Assembly: GCA_003213955.1 (NCBI GenBank)
Contig: QCMG01000003.1
Span: 9,769 to 73,768 of the forward strand
Direction of reading: 5' to 3'
From: Prochlorococcus sp. AG-418-M08
Lineage (GTDB): Bacteria; Cyanobacteriota; Cyanobacteriia; PCC-6307; Cyanobiaceae
Length of the DNA: 64,000 nucleotides
The notes beneath the pieces were generated by a model. It ran no database searches and had not been told where the DNA came from. It worked only from the letters and a program-made list of their open reading frames with translations. The position numbers and the translations under genes were made by a program. Positions 51,620 to 61,949 of this stretch are shown here, in pieces (the stretch's first letter is position 1; each line of letters opens with the position of its first letter).

Positions 51620-52035
51620 TAAATAAGTATTTTGAAGGCATTTTTTTTATTTGGTAATTATCTATTCATTGGCACCAGTCTTATTATAAATTTTTTAGAC
51701 TTGAATATAATTAATTTGAATTTAATTTTTTATATTACTAATCATAATTCTAAGACAAAGTAAATCCTTAGAAAAATTTTTATTTATGGATTTTTCTATT
51801 CAAATATTTAATTTATTATTAAAAATTTGGAAGAATTACAAAATTGAATCTTTATCTATTTCAAGAATTTGTATATTTTCGCTAAAGTTTTATATAAAAT
51901 TGTAATTTTTTCACTTATTATTATTGAAAGGTAGATATCTATAAAGAAGACTTAAAGATATCCAAAAGTGATTAACAATATAGCTAAATTATGATTGATC
52001 CTACCTCTAAATAATTCTTAAAATTCATTATTAAA

Positions 52036-53331
52036 ATGAGAGTTAAATCAGATAAAGTTGCTGTAATTGGTGCCGGACCAATGGGGCTCGCAGTAGCTTA
52101 TGAATTAATTTTAAAAGGTTATAAGCCAGAGATTTTTGAAGCTGATAATAGATTAGGCGGAATGGCAGCATCATTTAATTTTGATGGATTAGAAATTGAA
52201 AGATATTACCATTTTCACTGTCTAAATGACTATGCATTTTTTGATTTACTTGATGAAATAGGACTAAAAAAAGAATTAAGATGGAAAAAAACTAAAATGG
52301 GTTTTTTTTACCAAAATAAATTATATAAATGGGGGTCTTTAAGTTCAGTATTATTTTTTAATAAAGTTTCAATACTTACAAGAATTAGATATCTTTTACA
52401 TGCTTTAAGATGTCTCACAAAAAAAGACTGGAATAATTTAGATAAAATTTCAGCAATTGATTGGTTAAAAAATTGGCTTGGTAAAGAGGGTTACAATATT
52501 TTATGGGAGAAACTGTTCGTATATAAGTTTTATAATTTTTCTGGAACAATTTCTGCCGCATGGATTTGGAGCAGAATCAAGAGATTAGGAAGATCAAGAA
52601 AAAAGTTAATAGAAAATCTTGGTTATCTAAACAATGGATCTTTAGAACTTATAAATAAATTAGAAAAAATAATAAAAAATAACGGAGGGGTCATACACCT
52701 ATCCAACCCAATTTTATGTATTAATCCAATAAAAAATGGAGGAGCGCAATTAAAATCATTTAATAAAACAGATTCCTATGATAGTGTCATATCTACAATT
52801 CCTATTCCACTTCTAACTAAAATATTTAAAGCAAGCAGAATCAATAGACGCATTATTAAAAATTATGAGAAAACCATATCCATAGCATGTGCATGCGTAA
52901 TTTTAAAAACCAGCAAAAAAATAACAACTAATTTCTGGACGAACATAAATGATGATAGATTCTCAATACCAGGGATAGTTGAAATGAGTAATTTGAGAGA
53001 ACTTAATGCTCATATTATTTATGTGCCATTTTATATGCCCACAAATCATCCTAACTATTTAAAATCCAATGAAATTCTTATCAAAGAGGCATGGGATTGC
53101 GTTAAAGCAATAAATCCAAATTTAGAAGATAAAGACTTAATAAGTTCATGTTGTAATCGGTATAAATATGCACAGCCAGTTATTTGCACAGAATATAAAA
53201 AAAATTTGCCATCACAAGAACCATTTAAGAGGATATTTACAGTAGATACAACTTTCTATTATCCAGAAGACAGAGGAATTAGCGAGAGCATTGGATTAGG
53301 AAGAGATTTAGTAAGAAATAATTTTGAATAA
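52036..53331 (+). CDS. NAD(P)/FAD-dependent oxidoreductase (amine oxidase/HemY-like fold)
   Basis: VIGAGPMGL......L...G....IFEA..RLGGMA, ERYYH, AQP and YP.DRG. Confidence 0.88.
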   Translation: MRVKSDKVAVIGAGPMGLAVAYELILKGYKPEIFEADNRLGGMAASFNFDGLEIERYYHFHCLNDYAFFDLLDEIGLKKELRWKKTKMGFFYQNKLYKWGSLSSVLFFNKVSILTRIRYLLHALRCLTKKDWNNLDKISAIDWLKNWLGKEGYNILWEKLFVYKFYNFSGTISAAWIWSRIKRLGRSRKKLIENLGYLNNGSLELINKLEKIIKNNGGVIHLSNPILCINPIKNGGAQLKSFNKTDSYDSVISTIPIPLLTKIFKASRINRRIIKNYEKTISIACACVILKTSKKITTNFWTNINDDRFSIPGIVEMSNLRELNAHIIYVPFYMPTNHPNYLKSNEILIKEAWDCVKAINPNLEDKDLISSCCNRYKYAQPVICTEYKKNLPSQEPFKRIFTVDTTFYYPEDRGISESIGLGRDLVRNNFE

Positions 53332-53407
53332 GAAAATATGTAAAAATTTCTTTATTATTTCGAAAATATATAATTACTTTTTACTTAAATATTTTTGACA
53401 TTTTAAA

Positions 53408-53857
53408 TTATTTTTTCTTTTTAAAAACAAAAAACTTCATCATTATAAAATTAAATAAAGCAGAAATTAAAGTTGCTACAAAAAAAGAAATTAGAATACT
53501 AATTGTTTCTTTATTTTGAAGTAAGTGAAGTGAAAAGCTGTTAGAAAAAATATTAAGTCCTAAAGAAATTGAATAAACTAATGAAAAAAATAATGGAGTT
53601 GATTTTTTTGCTTTTACATTAAAAGTTATATTTTTATTTCCATAATAAGAAAAAACTGCTCCCATTATAAAACTAACAAACTTTGAAAATTTGATTGAAC
53701 CAGTGAAATAAAATAGAAATAAATAAGACAACGTATCAATTAATACTGAGGTTATCCCAATAATTACAAAAAAAATAGATTCTTTTTTAGTTGAGGAATG
53801 AGGGATCACCTCAAGAAGATTTTTACCTTTTTGTCGGAATTTATTATAGGTCTTCAT
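53408..53857 (-). CDS. GtrA-family membrane protein (lipid-linked sugar flippase)
   Basis: Four hydrophobic helices, F..IG....LID, NK..TF and NF...K.FVF. Confidence 0.88.
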   Translation of the reverse strand: MKTYNKFRQKGKNLLEVIPHSSTKKESIFFVIIGITSVLIDTLSYLFLFYFTGSIKFSKFVSFIMGAVFSYYGNKNITFNVKAKKSTPLFFSLVYSISLGLNIFSNSFSLHLLQNKETISILISFFVATLISALFNFIMMKFFVFKKKK

Positions 53858-53921
53858 TTATAAAAATTTTTTCACTTTTAAGATCTGAAAAAAGAAATTT
53901 ATAAGTAATTTCTTCAAACTA

Positions 53922-55322
53922 TTATGTTGTGCCTAAAGTCCATACTTTGAAACCAATATCTTCTAATCTTTCTTTATCTAAACAAATCCTTGAATCAAAA
54001 ATCCATGCAGGTTTTCTCATTACCTCAAAAATATTCTTCCAATCTAAGTCTATAAATTCTTCCCAATCTGTTAGTACTAAAATAGCGTCAGCTTGTTGAG
54101 CAGCTTTAAAAGCCGAATCACTAACCACGACATTATTTTCATTTATTATCTCATTGAATTCTATTAATATTTCCTTTTCACTAACTTGAGGATCAAAAAA
54201 ATTTAATTTTGCACCTTCCTGGAGTAAGTTTTTAGAAATATTTATACTTGGAGATTCTCTCTTATCATTTGTATTAGCCTTAAATGAAAATCCAAATATT
54301 GCTAATTTTTTATTAGTTAATGTTCCAAATAAATTTCTGATTACCAAAGATGATATTCTTTTTTGCTGCCATGTATTAATATCAACTACTTTTTCCCAGT
54401 AATCTGCCACTTCATTTAATCCATAGTATCTACATAAATATACAAGATTTAAAATATCTTTTTTAAAACAACTTCCTCCAAAACCAGGTCCTGATTTCAA
54501 AAATTTTTTCCCTATTCTTGTATCAGTTCCAATTGCTTTAGCTACTTCATTAATATTAGCTCCAGTCACCTCACAAAGTGCAGAAATAGAATTTATGGAT
54601 GAAAGTCTTTGAGCTAAAAAAGCATTAGCAACTAATTTTGATAACTCTGAACTCCATAAATTTGTGGTTATTATCTTTTCTGGATTTACCCAATTTTTAT
54701 ATATATCAGATATTAAATTAATTGAATCATCATCCTCTCCACCAATTAAAACTCTATCAGGATTTTGGAGATCGTTAATAGCAGAACCCTCGGCAAGAAA
54801 TTCAGGATTAGATATTATTGAAAAAGTTTGACTTTTATTATCTACAGATGAGTCATTATTATGTTCAGCTGTATTTAAAATTGTTTTTATAGTTTCAGCG
54901 GTTTTTACTGGTAAAGTACTTTTTTCAATGACAATTGTATGGTTTTTTGAAAATTTAGCTATTTGTCTTGCTGAAGATTCTATCCATTTCAAGTCACTTG
55001 CGTAACCAGCTCCAACACCTCTTTTTTTTGTTGGTGTATTTACTGATATGAAAATTATATCTGCTTTAGCAATATTTTCTTCTACTTTTGTTGAAAAGAA
55101 AAGATTTTTTCCTCTACACTTCTTAACTATTTTTTCTAAGCCAGGCTCAAATACTGGCAACTTAGATAAATCCTCATTATTCCAAGCATTAATTCGCTCA
55201 GGATTTAAATCTACTACGTTAACTTTCCAGTCAGGACAGTTCAATGCTATTACTGACATAGTTGGGCCTCCAACATATCCAGCACCAATGCAACAAATAA
55301 TCTTATTTAGTTTATTTTTCAT
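53922..55322 (-). CDS. ugd: UDP-glucose 6-dehydrogenase
   Basis: IGAGYVGGP, EKSTLP, SNPEFLAEG, GFGGSCFKKD and FKANT.D.RES. Confidence 0.97.
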   Translation of the reverse strand: MKNKLNKIICCIGAGYVGGPTMSVIALNCPDWKVNVVDLNPERINAWNNEDLSKLPVFEPGLEKIVKKCRGKNLFFSTKVEENIAKADIIFISVNTPTKKRGVGAGYASDLKWIESSARQIAKFSKNHTIVIEKSTLPVKTAETIKTILNTAEHNNDSSVDNKSQTFSIISNPEFLAEGSAINDLQNPDRVLIGGEDDDSINLISDIYKNWVNPEKIITTNLWSSELSKLVANAFLAQRLSSINSISALCEVTGANINEVAKAIGTDTRIGKKFLKSGPGFGGSCFKKDILNLVYLCRYYGLNEVADYWEKVVDINTWQQKRISSLVIRNLFGTLTNKKLAIFGFSFKANTNDKRESPSINISKNLLQEGAKLNFFDPQVSEKEILIEFNEIINENNVVVSDSAFKAAQQADAILVLTDWEEFIDLDWKNIFEVMRKPAWIFDSRICLDKERLEDIGFKVWTLGTT

Positions 55323-55477
55323 TTATAAATAATTTTATTATGTTTTTCGAAAAGTCTTTATATTTGACTTAAAAGAAAAATATTTCATATCTTAGTCATT
55401 AAAACAAATTAAACATTAAATGTTCACCTAAATAATTTACTATAGTTTTAGATCAAAAGAACATAAATAACAATTTA

Positions 55478-56404
55478 ATGAAAAGAAATTTAGTTACTGG
55501 CGGTAGTGGCTTCTTGGGATCACATTTGTCAAAAAGATTATTAGAAAGAGGAGAAGAAGTAATTTGTATAGATAATTTTTTTACTGGAACTAAAAAAAAT
55601 ATTGAGCCACTTATAAATCATCCCTATTTTGAACTTATAAGACATGATGTCACAGAACCAATAAAAATTGAGGTAGATAAAATTTGGCATTTAGCGTGCC
55701 CTGCTTCTCCAATTCATTATCAATTTAATCCGATAAAAACGACTAAAACAAGTTTTTTAGGAACGTATAACATGTTGGGATTAGCAAAAAGAGTTGGGGC
55801 AAAGTTTTTATTAGCTAGTACGAGTGAGGTTTATGGAGATCCTGAAGAACATCCTCAGACAGAATCTTACAAGGGCTCTGTAAATACAACTGGGATAAGA
55901 AGTTGTTACGATGAAGGGAAAAGAATTGCAGAAACTCTTTGCTCAGATTACAAAAGAGTTAATGGCGTTGATACGAGAATAATGAGAATATTTAATACCT
56001 ATGGACCAAATATGAGATTTGATGATGGAAGAGTAGTAAGCAACTTTATAATTCAAGCTTTAAAAAATGACAAAATTACACTTTATGGGGACGGGGAACA
56101 AACTAGATCATTTTGTTATGTTGATGATTTAATTGAGGGAATGATTCTTCTTATGGAAAGTAATTATCAGATGCCAATGAATATTGGAAATCCAAAAGAA
56201 TTTTCAATAAAAGAATTAGCTTATTTAGTGAGAGATTTAATAAATCCTAATTTGGAATTTGAATATAAAGACTTGCCTCAAGATGACCCTAAACAGAGAA
56301 AACCTTCTATTGTATTGGCTAAGAAAGTTTTGAATTGGGAACCTAAAATTGTATTAAAAGAAGGGCTTATAAAAACAATCAAATGGTTTAAAAGTAATTT
56401 ATGA
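55478..56404 (+). CDS. uxs: UDP-glucuronate decarboxylase (UDP-xylose synthase)
   Basis: [55 protein letters not shown] and DDP.QRKP. Confidence 0.95.
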   Translation: MKRNLVTGGSGFLGSHLSKRLLERGEEVICIDNFFTGTKKNIEPLINHPYFELIRHDVTEPIKIEVDKIWHLACPASPIHYQFNPIKTTKTSFLGTYNMLGLAKRVGAKFLLASTSEVYGDPEEHPQTESYKGSVNTTGIRSCYDEGKRIAETLCSDYKRVNGVDTRIMRIFNTYGPNMRFDDGRVVSNFIIQALKNDKITLYGDGEQTRSFCYVDDLIEGMILLMESNYQMPMNIGNPKEFSIKELAYLVRDLINPNLEFEYKDLPQDDPKQRKPSIVLAKKVLNWEPKIVLKEGLIKTIKWFKSNL

Positions 56405-56436
56405 GAAATTTGCTTATGTATTTTTATCTTAAATAT

Positions 56437-57051
56437 TTAAATTTTTCTCCAAACTGCTAGAAGTTTCCCCTGAAAAACCACATTGTCTAAATTCAACTCA
56501 ATCGCTTCATAAGCTGGATTTGCTGCCTCAAGAAAGACTTTTTCTCCTCTTTTAAAAAAATATTTTAAAGTTGTACCCAATCCTGGTACCATAGCACTAA
56601 CAATTGTTCCATTTCTTAATGAGTATGAGTTGGTTATAGGCTCCATCAAAACCATATCACCATCAGCAATGCAGGCATCTATCATAGAATCACCATTAAC
56701 TGAAAGGGCAAAGACATCCTTCTTTTTTAAAACATCAGCAATATCTAAATTTTCATTAACATCAGAATAAGTTTCAATTAACCCTCCTGCGGCTACTGAT
56801 CCCATAACAGGAATACCTTCTATAACGTCATCGATTAATTGAAGTGTCCTAGCTTTACCTTCTTGCCATGAAATATAACCTTTTTCTTGCAAATGTTTTA
56901 AACGGCTTTGAATTGGGGCAGGAGATTTTAACCCCATCGCCTGCATCATCTGTCTTATTGAAGGGCTATGCTGAAAGTCTCTCATATATTCTTTTATCCA
57001 TCCATAAAGCTCATTTTGAGCCTCTGTTAGATTTTCAGAAGAATTAACCAC
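56437..57051 (-). CDS. lexA: LexA repressor
   Basis: wHTH region (SPSIRQM), Ala-Gly cleavage site VAAG, catalytic Ser (GDSM) and Lys (TLK). GTG at 57051 is the likely start; the track gives 57066. Confidence 0.95.
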   Translation of the reverse strand: MVNSSENLTEAQNELYGWIKEYMRDFQHSPSIRQMMQAMGLKSPAPIQSRLKHLQEKGYISWQEGKARTLQLIDDVIEGIPVMGSVAAGGLIETYSDVNENLDIADVLKKKDVFALSVNGDSMIDACIADGDMVLMEPITNSYSLRNGTIVSAMVPGLGTTLKYFFKRGEKVFLEAANPAYEAIELNLDNVVFQGKLLAVWRKI

Positions 57052-57067
57052 AATACAAAAGTTCACT

Positions 57068-57081
57068 AATACATTTGTACC
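57068..57081 (-). promoter_or_regulatory. Putative cyanobacterial LexA (SOS) box upstream of lexA
   Basis: Minus strand GGTACAAATGTATT matches the RGTAC-N3-DGTWCB consensus with one mismatch, about 17 nt upstream of the GTG. Confidence 0.6.
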
Positions 57082-57109
57082 TCTTTTCTATTACTAGTGC
57101 AAGTGCTCT

Positions 57110-58036
57110 TTAGGAAAGCAAACACGCTAAAAGAGCTTGTTGAGAATGCATTCTATTTTCTGCTTGATCAAAAATTCTACTTTTATTACTGTCAATTATT
57201 TCATCAGTTATCTCTTTAGACCGATAAGCAGGAAGGCAGTGAAGAATAATTGCTTCTTTATCGGCTTTTTTTACTAAATTCCTATCAATAGTAAATCCAT
57301 TGAAATCTTTATCTTTATTTTCCTTAAGATTTTCCTCTCCCATAGAAGACCACACATCTGTATACAAAACATTAGCTCCTGAAACAGCACTATGAGGATC
57401 ATTAGTAATTTTTAATAAATTCTTATCTTTGTATATTTCTAATGCCTTTTTAATTATAGATGAATTAGGTTCATAACCTTTAGGGCAAGCAATTCTAACT
57501 TCCACTCCTAATAATGCCCCACAAAGAATAATAGAATTTGCAACATTGTTACCATCACCAATAAAAGTTAAAACTACATTTTTGAAATCAAGAAATTCCT
57601 CCTTAATTGTTAAAAAATCAGCAAGAGCTTGGCATGGGTGTTCTAAATCTGTTAAGGCATTTATAACTGGTTTCGCTGACCACTTAGAATATTCTTCCAA
57701 ATCCGAATGACTAAAAGTTCTAATTGCAATAATATCGCAATATCTACTTAAAACTCTTGCTGTATCTTTAATTGGTTCACCTCTCCCTATCTGTGAGGTT
57801 GTTGGATTTAGATCAATAGTGGTTCCTCCAAGTCTTGACATTGCAACCTGAAAACTGACTCTCGTACGTGTAGATGACTTATTAAAAATTAAACCTAAAA
57901 CTTTGTTTTTTAGTTCAATATTAAGCTCTTTATTTTTTAATTGTTTTGCAAGTTTTAATATATGAAGTACTTCTTCAGTTGACATGTCCAAGCTTGATAA
58001 AAAGTTTTTATTACCAAGCTTGTTAGGTTTAAGCAT
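57110..58036 (-). CDS. argF: Ornithine carbamoyltransferase
   Basis: SSTRTRVSF, HPCQ, YTDVW.SMG and HCLP. Confidence 0.97.
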   Translation of the reverse strand: MLKPNKLGNKNFLSSLDMSTEEVLHILKLAKQLKNKELNIELKNKVLGLIFNKSSTRTRVSFQVAMSRLGGTTIDLNPTTSQIGRGEPIKDTARVLSRYCDIIAIRTFSHSDLEEYSKWSAKPVINALTDLEHPCQALADFLTIKEEFLDFKNVVLTFIGDGNNVANSIILCGALLGVEVRIACPKGYEPNSSIIKKALEIYKDKNLLKITNDPHSAVSGANVLYTDVWSSMGEENLKENKDKDFNGFTIDRNLVKKADKEAIILHCLPAYRSKEITDEIIDSNKSRIFDQAENRMHSQQALLACLLS

Positions 58037-58063
58037 AATATATCTAATAAAGTTTAGATTCTA

Positions 58064-59926
58064 CTATGCAGGCATTTTAGTTTCTGCAAGGAGATTTTTT
58101 AGGTCTTCACCTTCAATAACTTCTTCTTGAAGAATTTTTTGGGAAATAGATTCAAGCAATGTCAAATTATTCCTTAAAATGTTTAATGCCGTTTCATGAG
58201 CATCATCTACCAGATCCCTTACTTCTTTATCAATTGCTTGAGCTGTTGCATCACTAACAGATCTCCTAGGATTGTTACCATTACCTAAAAATTGCCCACC
58301 ACCTTGCTTGTCATAAGCAAGAGGGCCAAGAATATCACTCATTCCGAAAGTGCCCACCATTTGTTCAGCTATATCAGTTGCTCTTTGAAGATCATTTGAG
58401 GCACCTGTTGTGATTTTCCCAAAGACTACCTCCTCCGCTGAACGACCTCCTAAAAGTGTTGCTATTTGACCTTTCAATTCCTCTTTTGAATTAAGAAATC
58501 TTTCTTCTGTTGGAAGTTGTAGTGTATATCCAAGTGCACTCATACCTCTAGGAACAATTGAAATTTTTGCTACTTTTGATCCTCCTGGCATAAGATGTCC
58601 AACAATGGCATGGCCCACTTCATGGTAGGCTACGACTTTTTTCTCATCATCTTGAAGAACTCTGCTCTTTTTCTCTAGACCTGCTACAACTCTCTCAATA
58701 GCCTCACTTAAATCTTGTTGTTCAACACTTTTTCTTTTGGCTCTAGCAGCTAACAAAGCAGCTTCATTAACCATATTAGCTAAATCTGCTCCTGCAAATC
58801 CACTAGTAGCTTGTGCGATGGAATCTAAATCAATTGACTCAGATAATTTTACTTTTTTGGTGTAGATCTCTAGAATTGTTTTTCTACCAGACAAGTCAGG
58901 CCTATCAACTAAAACTTGTCTATCAAATCTACCAGGTCTCAATAAAGCTGCATCAAGAACTTCGGGTTGATTTGTTGCTGCAAGAACAATAACAGGTTTA
59001 TCTGCTGAGGCAAATCCATCCATTTCTGTGAGTAATTGATTTAGCGTTTGTTCTCTTTCATCATTACCACCAACAACACCCATGGAACCAGAACGGCTCT
59101 TACCAATGGCATCCAATTCATCTATGAAAATAATGCAAGGAGCCTTTTTTTTAGCTTGTTCAAACAAATCTCTTACTCTTGCTGCACCAGCTCCTACAAA
59201 AAGCTCCACGAATTCAGAACCTGAAATGATGAAAAAAGGCACTTCGGCTTCACCTGCAACAGCTTTTGAAAGCAGAGTTTTTCCTGTTCCTGGAGGTCCA
59301 ACTAAAAGAACACCCTTAGGAATTCTTGCTCCAATATCAGTATATCTCTCTGGTTTCTTTAGAAAATCAACTATTTCAGTGAGTTCATCTTTAGCTTCAT
59401 CTACACCAGCAACATCTTCGAAAGTTATTTTTGATTCATCATCAGGCACATAAACTTTAGCTTTACTTTTTGTAAAACTTAATGCTCCTTGAGCACCACC
59501 GCCCCCCATACTTCTTCTAGCAAAAAATTGTAATACTAATATGAAAATCAATGGTGGAACAACCCAACTCAATATAGTTGAGAAGAAATTTGGTTTTTTA
59601 GGTGGGGCAGCTGCAAACTCAACACCTTTACTTTCCAATCTTTGCGGTAAATCCATATCAAAAATTGGAGTGGTTGCAAGTACTGATGGAGCTCCTTCTT
59701 CTGCTCCATTTAATTCATATCTAATTTGTTCTTGTGTAATATATGCTCTCTTAACTTCACCATCATTAACCTGATCAATAAATAAAGAGTATGGAACTCT
59801 TGGTATTTGCATGTTTTGATTAGGGAATAAGCTACTAAATAAAAGCAGTGCTCCAACACCTATCAAAATAATATTTACTATTCCGAATCTTCTATTTGGT
59901 TGATTATCGTCTTGTCTTATTGGCAT
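58064..59926 (-). CDS. ftsH: ATP-dependent zinc metalloprotease FtsH
   Basis: Two TM segments, GPPGTGKT, Walker B IFIDE, SRH RPGRFDR and HEVGH. Confidence 0.98.
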   Translation of the reverse strand: MPIRQDDNQPNRRFGIVNIILIGVGALLLFSSLFPNQNMQIPRVPYSLFIDQVNDGEVKRAYITQEQIRYELNGAEEGAPSVLATTPIFDMDLPQRLESKGVEFAAAPPKKPNFFSTILSWVVPPLIFILVLQFFARRSMGGGGAQGALSFTKSKAKVYVPDDESKITFEDVAGVDEAKDELTEIVDFLKKPERYTDIGARIPKGVLLVGPPGTGKTLLSKAVAGEAEVPFFIISGSEFVELFVGAGAARVRDLFEQAKKKAPCIIFIDELDAIGKSRSGSMGVVGGNDEREQTLNQLLTEMDGFASADKPVIVLAATNQPEVLDAALLRPGRFDRQVLVDRPDLSGRKTILEIYTKKVKLSESIDLDSIAQATSGFAGADLANMVNEAALLAARAKRKSVEQQDLSEAIERVVAGLEKKSRVLQDDEKKVVAYHEVGHAIVGHLMPGGSKVAKISIVPRGMSALGYTLQLPTEERFLNSKEELKGQIATLLGGRSAEEVVFGKITTGASNDLQRATDIAEQMVGTFGMSDILGPLAYDKQGGGQFLGNGNNPRRSVSDATAQAIDKEVRDLVDDAHETALNILRNNLTLLESISQKILQEEVIEGEDLKNLLAETKMPA

Positions 59927-60039
59927 AGTTATTATCGTTTATGGAACTATTATAAACTAAACGAACAAGTTCCGTACCTGTATAACTTTTTTTGGGTAAG
60001 AACCGAACGGTACTTTAATCAAAAAACATACCAAGTTTT

Positions 60040-61128
60040 TTAAATATTACTCTTTACAAATATATCGGTCCCGATAAAACTAATTTCAGAAGCATTTAAA
60101 TTAAGCACATCATTCATATCTGTAAATTCAAAATCATTAAAGGGATTCATACTACTAACACCTCCTAATATCTTTGGTGCAATAAAAGTCATTAATTCTT
60201 GAATACATCCTGCTTTAATTGCTGAAGTTGCCAACTTAGGCCCACATTCCCAAAGAACATTATTACATCCTTTTTTAGCTAGTAAATTAGAAATCAATTT
60301 TGGATTATCAGAGGATATCTCTGCAACCTCTACACATTTTGGAATTCTCTTTAAATACATTTTATTTGCAGTAGAAGCATCATAAATAACAAGAGTCCTA
60401 GCTAAATTACAATCCCACAAATTTGACTTTGCTGGCAAATCTAAAGTTTTTGTAAAAACTACTCTTAAGGGCTCTGGATTTCTAAGACCTCGAGAAGTCA
60501 AAAAAGGATTATCTTTTCTTAATGTATTACCACCAATAACTATTGCATCAAAGCCTGCCCTATAAGAATGGACCAAGGATCTTGAGTCTTCACTTGTAAT
60601 CCACTTACTTTTACCATTTTTAAGTCCAACCCTTCCATCCATACTCATTGCCCATTTAAGTACACCAAAAGCACTATTGGTAATATTTCTATGGATAAAA
60701 GACCTATTTAATTCTTTAGATTCTTTCTCACATAAGCCTTTATGAACTTTTATCCCAGCATCTTTAAGTAATTGAATACCTTTTCCTGAAACTCTTCTAT
60801 CAGGATCTTCAATAGAAATATATACTTTTCTTATTCCAAAGGCAATTATTTTATCTACACATGGAGGTGTTTTGCCGTGATGACAACAAGGTTCCAGATT
60901 TACATATATAGTCCCACCACTTGCATCTTTTTTTAGGTTATTAAAAGCCATTGCTTCGGCATGAGGCATTCCTGATTTGTAATGGAACCCCTCCGAGATA
61001 AGATTTCCATCTTTATCTAGTATCACTGCCCCTACCATAGGATTAGGGCTTGTTGTACCTTTACCTAATGAAGCTAAAAAAATAGCTCTTTTCATCCATT
61101 TAATATTACTGATATTGCTATTAAGCAT
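60040..61128 (-). CDS. ribD: Bifunctional riboflavin deaminase/reductase
   Basis: PNPMVG, HAE, EPCCH.GKTPPC, K.AMS.DG and ECG..LA. Confidence 0.96.
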   Translation of the reverse strand: MLNSNISNIKWMKRAIFLASLGKGTTSPNPMVGAVILDKDGNLISEGFHYKSGMPHAEAMAFNNLKKDASGGTIYVNLEPCCHHGKTPPCVDKIIAFGIRKVYISIEDPDRRVSGKGIQLLKDAGIKVHKGLCEKESKELNRSFIHRNITNSAFGVLKWAMSMDGRVGLKNGKSKWITSEDSRSLVHSYRAGFDAIVIGGNTLRKDNPFLTSRGLRNPEPLRVVFTKTLDLPAKSNLWDCNLARTLVIYDASTANKMYLKRIPKCVEVAEISSDNPKLISNLLAKKGCNNVLWECGPKLATSAIKAGCIQELMTFIAPKILGGVSSMNPFNDFEFTDMNDVLNLNASEISFIGTDIFVKSNI

Positions 61129-61142
61129 CTCTCAAAAAAGCA

Positions 61143-61643
61143 TCAAGCTAATGATCTCCATTCTTTAACAACAAAGGGGGGGACAGGTAACTCTGAAAAA
61201 ACGCCTGATAATGATAGTCTCAGTGGTCTATTTTTATCAATAGAGTTTATGAGTTGGTTCAAATCAAACTCCGCTGCAGCCTGTCTCCCATCGTTAGCTA
61301 ATTCAAAATTTAAAGATGTTTTGTCATCTAAAAACCACTGTTTTCTCCCAGAATCGACTTGTAAACTTGTTGGATGATCAATACGAAGATTACCAGGATA
61401 TCCTATTACCCTCAAGATCAATTTATCTTCAAAAAGTGGTGACTTATACGCTACTAGTTGCCATGTTTCAAAATCTAAATCTCTTAAAAACTCACTACTA
61501 GCATTCATTAATTCCCCATTAATTTCTGTTTTTGATATTTCTGCATGAACTTTTATTGGGTTAAAAAATAAAAAAATTATTATTGCCAGAGGAAATAAAC
61601 CTTTGAAAAAATTATTTTTATTTAATTTTGTAATTTTCTTCAT
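61143..61643 (-). CDS. Conserved cyanobacterial secreted protein (DUF3122-like)
   Basis: Signal-peptide-like N-terminus, then S.E.LRD....WQLVA, LR..G.PG and VPPFVV.EW. Confidence 0.75.
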   Translation of the reverse strand: MKKITKLNKNNFFKGLFPLAIIIFLFFNPIKVHAEISKTEINGELMNASSEFLRDLDFETWQLVAYKSPLFEDKLILRVIGYPGNLRIDHPTSLQVDSGRKQWFLDDKTSLNFELANDGRQAAAEFDLNQLINSIDKNRPLRLSLSGVFSELPVPPFVVKEWRSLA

Positions 61644-61869
61644 TTTCAGAATCCATAAGTGCGTCTAAAGTGACTGCGGTTCTAACAAGTGATTGATACC
61701 TTCTTAAGATTTTACGGTTTTTTTCAATAACTCGGGATAAATTTGCAGTATCTTTCTCAGAATAACTAGATGATAAATCACTAGAGTCTTCTTCTATTAA
61801 CTCAAAATTACTTTCTTTATTAATTAGAGTTAACAATAATTCGTGTAATCGCTTTCTCCTGTCGTACAA
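61618..61869 (-). CDS. Small conserved hypothetical protein
   Basis: Helical 83-aa ORF (RYQSLVRTAVTLDAL.DSE) overlapping the next gene in operon fashion. Confidence 0.7.
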   Translation of the reverse strand: MYDRRKRLHELLLTLINKESNFELIEEDSSDLSSSYSEKDTANLSRVIEKNRKILRRYQSLVRTAVTLDALMDSENEENYKIK

Positions 61870-61949
61870 ATAATTTATTATTACTCAAATAATATTAGGA
61901 TAATTTACTAAAACATACAAATAAATTTAGTGATGCCTCTTGAAAATTT

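Larger units (their letters stand above)
1..56404. other. Surface polysaccharide/LPS biosynthesis genomic island (left end outside window)
   Basis: About 50 consecutive glycan synthesis/tailoring genes, very low GC, long AT-rich spacers and mixed orientation, ending where housekeeping genes (lexA, argF, ftsH) begin. The right boundary is approximate. Confidence 0.85.

Noticed and set aside
59961-59975. Imperfect palindrome ACGAACAAGTTCCGT upstream of ftsH
   Set aside because: It resembles a Gram-positive SOS box only loosely, with wrong spacing, and does not match the cyanobacterial consensus.
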